NCBI GenBank assembly: GCA_021851895.1
Contig: JAJZQJ010000001.1
Span: 71,338-135,337, forward strand
DNA length: 64,000 nt
Direction of reading: 5' to 3'
From: a bacterium
GTDB taxonomy: Bacteria > Patescibacteriota > Minisyncoccia > Phycocordibacterales > UBA6899
Part shown: one piece after another, positions 60,232-64,000 of the stretch
How the letters are laid out: each line of letters starts with the position of its first letter
Numbering within the stretch: position 1 is the first letter of the stretch
Made by a program: the position numbers and the translations under genes
Notes under the pieces: generated by a model
The model's database searches: none
Told to the model about the DNA's origin: nothing
What the model saw: only the letters and a program-made list of their open reading frames with translations

Positions 60232-60471
60232 ATGGAACTTCAGCAGTCACTGCAATTGGCAGACATCATTCTCTCAGTCCTCATCATTGCCCTCATCCTT
60301 CTCCAGCGCTCTGGAGCCGATGTTGGTAGCGCATTTGGCGGAGGCGATAATTCAGGAAACGTCACATATACACGCCGTGGTTTTGAGCAGGTACTCTTCG
60401 TAGCATCTATCATTGCCGGCGTCCTCTTTGTGCTCCTCAATCTCGCACTCCTCAAGTATCCTCTTGCATAA
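60232..60471 (+). CDS. secG: Preprotein translocase subunit SecG
   Basis: LILLQRSGADVGSAFGG, TRRGFE, two TMs. Confidence 0.9.
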   Translation: MELQQSLQLADIILSVLIIALILLQRSGADVGSAFGGGDNSGNVTYTRRGFEQVLFVASIIAGVLFVLLNLALLKYPLA

Positions 60472-60706
60472 AGAAAAGAGGATATTTTTACGCAAAAAGG
60501 CACTTTTATAGGGTATTCCTCTCATACTTTCGTCGCACCCTCGACAACTTAGGCACTTTTTCGCGAAGAGAATCATGGAACCAACGCGTGACTAACGCGC
60601 CTTTCTGCTATACACGCGCGCTATTCACTTCCTCTTTGTATGGCAAAAGCCATCATATGGTTTCTCGATAGGCTCAAGCATCGAACCATAGGGCTCGCAC
60701 ATTTCC

Positions 60707-62476
60707 ATGCTTATACACACTCCTTATTGGCTTGTGAACCTTCAAACATCTACTTCAAACACTTCACGGACGCGCTTATTCGAAAAGATACTCGCTCTCC
60801 CGTCCTCACTCAGAGTGCTCGGATTCTTTGCATCACTCATACTTGCGATCAGCACATTCTTCATCATCACCCACGTCATCGATGCACGCTTCTTTGTAAG
60901 CGTACCTGAACAAGGCGGACGATTGACCGAAGGTGATGTCGGTAGGCCAAGACTCATTAATCCTATCTTCGCAAAGACCGAAGTCGATCGTGACCTCTCC
61001 GCACTCCTTTACTCTGGACTCATGCGACCAGTCGGTAATGAACTCGTTCCCGACCTCGCTTCAGGTTATACCGTAAGTGAAGATGGGAAGACTTACACCT
61101 TCACGCTCAGAAACGATGCAACATTCCACGACGGAACGCCAGTCACCGCCAACGATGTGCTCTTTACTGTGGACCACATAAAGAATAAAGGTCTTCCAAC
61201 AAAAAGTCCTCTCGCACCAAACTTCCTCGGAGTGACCGCGACCTCCACCGATCCACATACGGTGATATTCACCCTAGAGCAGCCCTATGCGGCATTTCTC
61301 GAATCACTCACCTTCGGAATTCTTCCTAAACACATCTGGGAGACGGTAGGTACAGACGATTTCGACCAGACGATCTTCAACCTGGAACCGATCGGCTCAG
61401 GACCGTATAAGTTTAAAAGCGTTGAGCGTGATGCGCAGACGGGACTCGCCAAGAGATATGTTCTCGAGGCATTCCCAGGATACGTCCACGGTAAACCGCT
61501 CATCAGTGAATTCGATTTCTATTTCTACGGCAACGAGGATGAACGAATGAACGCATACAAGAATGGGGAGATCGGGCAAATGGCAGGTATCCAAACTTCC
61601 TATGCGCGTGATATCGCAAGTTCAGGAGCACCCGTGCTTTCCGCACAGATGCCACGTATCTTCGGTATCTACCTCAACGAATCAAAGGTCTCCCTATTTA
61701 ACGATGATGTTGTACGCGAGGCACTCGATAGCACGATTCCACGCAAAGACATCGCCGCAAAAGTCTTCTTTGGTTATGCAAACCCAGAGGTAGGACCATT
61801 CCCTGGCCTCGCTCGTCCAGATAACGATCCCGAAGACAAGCACCTCCTTGCAGCACAAGCGATGCTCGAGAAGGACGGCTGGATAAAGAATGCTTCAGGG
61901 GTCTACGAAAAGACAGATAAGAAGACAAAGCAAACACAAACACTTGCATTCGCGATATCACTCCCCGACATACCTGAGCTTACCGAAAGTGCACAATTGA
62001 TCGAAGCATCTTGGAAAGTACTTGGAGCGCAGGTCGAACTAAAGACCTATGACCTCGGTACATTCACGAGTGACATACTCGCTTCAAGAAACTTTGACGC
62101 TGTATTCTTCGGACAGGTAACGGGGCGTGATCCCGACCCATATCCATTCTGGCATTCAAGCCAAAAGACACGTGGGACGAATATCGCACAGTATGCAAAT
62201 AAGAAAGTCGATGCGAAGATCAACGATCTCTCGCACACGATCGACCCCGCGAGCCGTGCAGTCATCCTCAGTGACATCAATGCGATGATCATGGCGGATA
62301 GGCCAGCATTGTTCGCTTACAGTCCAGGTTTCGTCTATGTAACCGATAGAAATGTGCGCGGGATCCAACTCCCCCTCATGACCACAGCGGCAGAACGCTT
62401 CTCGGGCATCGAACACTGGTACACTTCCAGCGAACGCGTCTGGAAATTCCTCTCAAAAAACAAAGCAGCAGAATAG
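60707..62476 (+). CDS. Family 5 (peptide/nickel) ABC substrate-binding protein
   Basis: PDLASGYTVSEDGKTYTFTLR..FHDGTPVTANDV.FT, PIGSGPY; start uncertain. Confidence 0.88.
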   Translation: MLIHTPYWLVNLQTSTSNTSRTRLFEKILALPSSLRVLGFFASLILAISTFFIITHVIDARFFVSVPEQGGRLTEGDVGRPRLINPIFAKTEVDRDLSALLYSGLMRPVGNELVPDLASGYTVSEDGKTYTFTLRNDATFHDGTPVTANDVLFTVDHIKNKGLPTKSPLAPNFLGVTATSTDPHTVIFTLEQPYAAFLESLTFGILPKHIWETVGTDDFDQTIFNLEPIGSGPYKFKSVERDAQTGLAKRYVLEAFPGYVHGKPLISEFDFYFYGNEDERMNAYKNGEIGQMAGIQTSYARDIASSGAPVLSAQMPRIFGIYLNESKVSLFNDDVVREALDSTIPRKDIAAKVFFGYANPEVGPFPGLARPDNDPEDKHLLAAQAMLEKDGWIKNASGVYEKTDKKTKQTQTLAFAISLPDIPELTESAQLIEASWKVLGAQVELKTYDLGTFTSDILASRNFDAVFFGQVTGRDPDPYPFWHSSQKTRGTNIAQYANKKVDAKINDLSHTIDPASRAVILSDINAMIMADRPALFAYSPGFVYVTDRNVRGIQLPLMTTAAERFSGIEHWYTSSERVWKFLSKNKAAE

Positions 62477-62530
62477 TGGCGCACACTAAAACCTCCACAA
62501 TCATTCTCTGACATTCGAATAATTAAATCT

Positions 62531-64000
62531 ATGGAAAACAATACTCAACAAAACAGAGCGCCAAATGCCGCAGCACCACAGCGTGCACGCCCACCTCAGG
62601 GTCATGGAAACAGGCCAGGACAGCATCGTGCGCAGTCACGCATGCCACGCAACAATGCACGCGACGGGCATCGCCAAGGACAGCACACTGGGCATGCACG
62701 TACAGGTAATCACTTCGAAAAGACGCGTGATCGCGTACTCGATGTGCGCTACGAGAAAGCCGGTGAGCAAAAGAAGCGCAAGGAAATACCTGCTCTCGCA
62801 AAGAATGACGTACGCGTCATCATCTTCTCAGGAGTTCAGGAGATCGGCCGTAATATGGCTGCAGTCGAATACGGCGATGACATCATCATCGTTGACTGTG
62901 GTTTGCAGTTCAAGGACGAGACTACACCCGGAATCGACTACATCCTCCCGAATACGACGTACCTGGAGGAGCGCAAGGACAGGATCCGCGGCGTGTTCAT
63001 CACGCACGGACACTTGGATCATACCGGCGGACTCCCCTATATTCTCCCTCGTATCGGTAACCCTCCAGTATATGCACGTAAATTGACGAGCATGCTCGTC
63101 AAGAAGCGTCATGACGAATTCCCATCTCTTCCACCACTTGACCTTCGTGTCGTGGAGACAGAGGACGTTGTTCGTTTCAAGGATCTCGCGATTCGCTTCT
63201 TCAAGGTGACCCACACCATCCCCGACTCGATGGGTGTCATGATCGACACACCACACGGAACGATCATTCACACTGGAGACCTCAAACTCGACCACCACGG
63301 CGGTATCGCGACCGAGGAAGAAGAGCGTACCTACAGTAAGTTCAAGAATGAAAAGATCCTTCTCCTCATGTCGGACTCGACGAACTGCCAAAAGGCGGGA
63401 TTCTCGATCCCTGAGCCAACAGTGCACGTGACGATCGAAAAGCTCATAAAAGAGGCTCATGGTCGCGTCATCGTTGCAACCTTTGCATCGCTCTTGGAAC
63501 GCATCATTAAGGTGATCGAATTCGCGGATACGCATGGAAAGAAGATCTGTATCGATGGTCGCTCAATGAAGACGAATATAGAGCTCGCACAGAAGGCAGG
63601 TATCTTCACGCTCAAGCCGGGAACGGTCATCCCTGTCGAGGATCTCGACAAGTATCCACCAGACAGAGTTGTCATGCTCGTTACTGGTGCTCAGGGCGAC
63701 GAATTCGCTGTACTCATGCGCATCGCAATGAAGAAGCATCGCCAAGTGAAGATCAAGGATGGAGATACTATTCTCTTCTCATCATCGGTCGTTCCAGGAA
63801 ACGAGCGTGCAGTGCAGAAGCTCAAGGATCTCCTCTCTCGCCAAGGTGCGAAGATCGTCCACTATGAGACTTCCGATGTCCACTCATCAGGTCACGCATA
63901 TCGCGATGAATCACTCTGGATCATCAGCAAGATCTCGCCGCGATTCTTCGTTCCACTTCACGGATATCACTACATGTTGCGTTCACACGTTGATATCGCT
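62531..64000 (+). CDS. rnj: Ribonuclease J, truncated by window end, with disordered N-terminal extension
   Basis: Manual translation from ATG 62531: ...GVQEIGRNM...DCG...THGHLDHTGG...HTGDLKLD...DSTN...HSSGH...VPLHG. Confidence 0.95.
   Translation, partial: MENNTQQNRAPNAAAPQRARPPQGHGNRPGQHRAQSRMPRNNARDGHRQGQHTGHARTGNHFEKTRDRVLDVRYEKAGEQKKRKEIPALAKNDVRVIIFSGVQEIGRNMAAVEYGDDIIIVDCGLQFKDETTPGIDYILPNTTYLEERKDRIRGVFITHGHLDHTGGLPYILPRIGNPPVYARKLTSMLVKKRHDEFPSLPPLDLRVVETEDVVRFKDLAIRFFKVTHTIPDSMGVMIDTPHGTIIHTGDLKLDHHGGIATEEEERTYSKFKNEKILLLMSDSTNCQKAGFSIPEPTVHVTIEKLIKEAHGRVIVATFASLLERIIKVIEFADTHGKKICIDGRSMKTNIELAQKAGIFTLKPGTVIPVEDLDKYPPDRVVMLVTGAQGDEFAVLMRIAMKKHRQVKIKDGDTILFSSSVVPGNERAVQKLKDLLSRQGAKIVHYETSDVHSSGHAYRDESLWIISKISPRFFVPLHGYHYMLRSHVDIA

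Noticed and set aside
60640-60909. 89-aa ORF as a frameshifted N-terminus of the binding protein
   Set aside because: The 60707 frame already contains the membrane anchor, and no slippery site is evident.

Overview
64 kb of chromosome from a small-genome bacterium read in genetic code 11. Gene content and style point to Patescibacteria/CPR, Parcubacteria-like (inference). Core genes: typA, rpoD, dnaG, rpoC, rpoB, lepA, murJ, rnpB, gap, gatB, obgE, mutY, htpX, lemA, groEL/ES, secG, rnj and tRNA-Ser(GGA). Accessory genes: three tandem type IV pilin-like genes (the two complete ones fused to 7-repeat beta-propellers), two signalling clusters, cupredoxins, hemerythrin, a MerR/TipA regulator and several orphans. 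No CRISPR array, integrase, transposase or reverse transcriptase was seen. The strongest unexplained signals are: (1) two gene classes, with most genes leaderless or SD-free but seven stand-alone orphan or divergent cassettes each carrying a -35/-10 promoter, leader, Shine-Dalgarno site and terminator; (2) a tRNA-Ser locus with a promoter-linked direct duplication of its 5' end and a perfect 42-bp inverted repeat containing its 3' end, each attached to hairpin-rich non-coding DNA; (3) four ~100-126-bp intergenic hairpins with conserved internal loops but different stems; (4) intergenic inverted 7/9-mer arrays with a different unit at each locus; (5) a pilin-propeller array with gene-conversion tracts and variable blade loops. 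All calls were made by eye without database searches.
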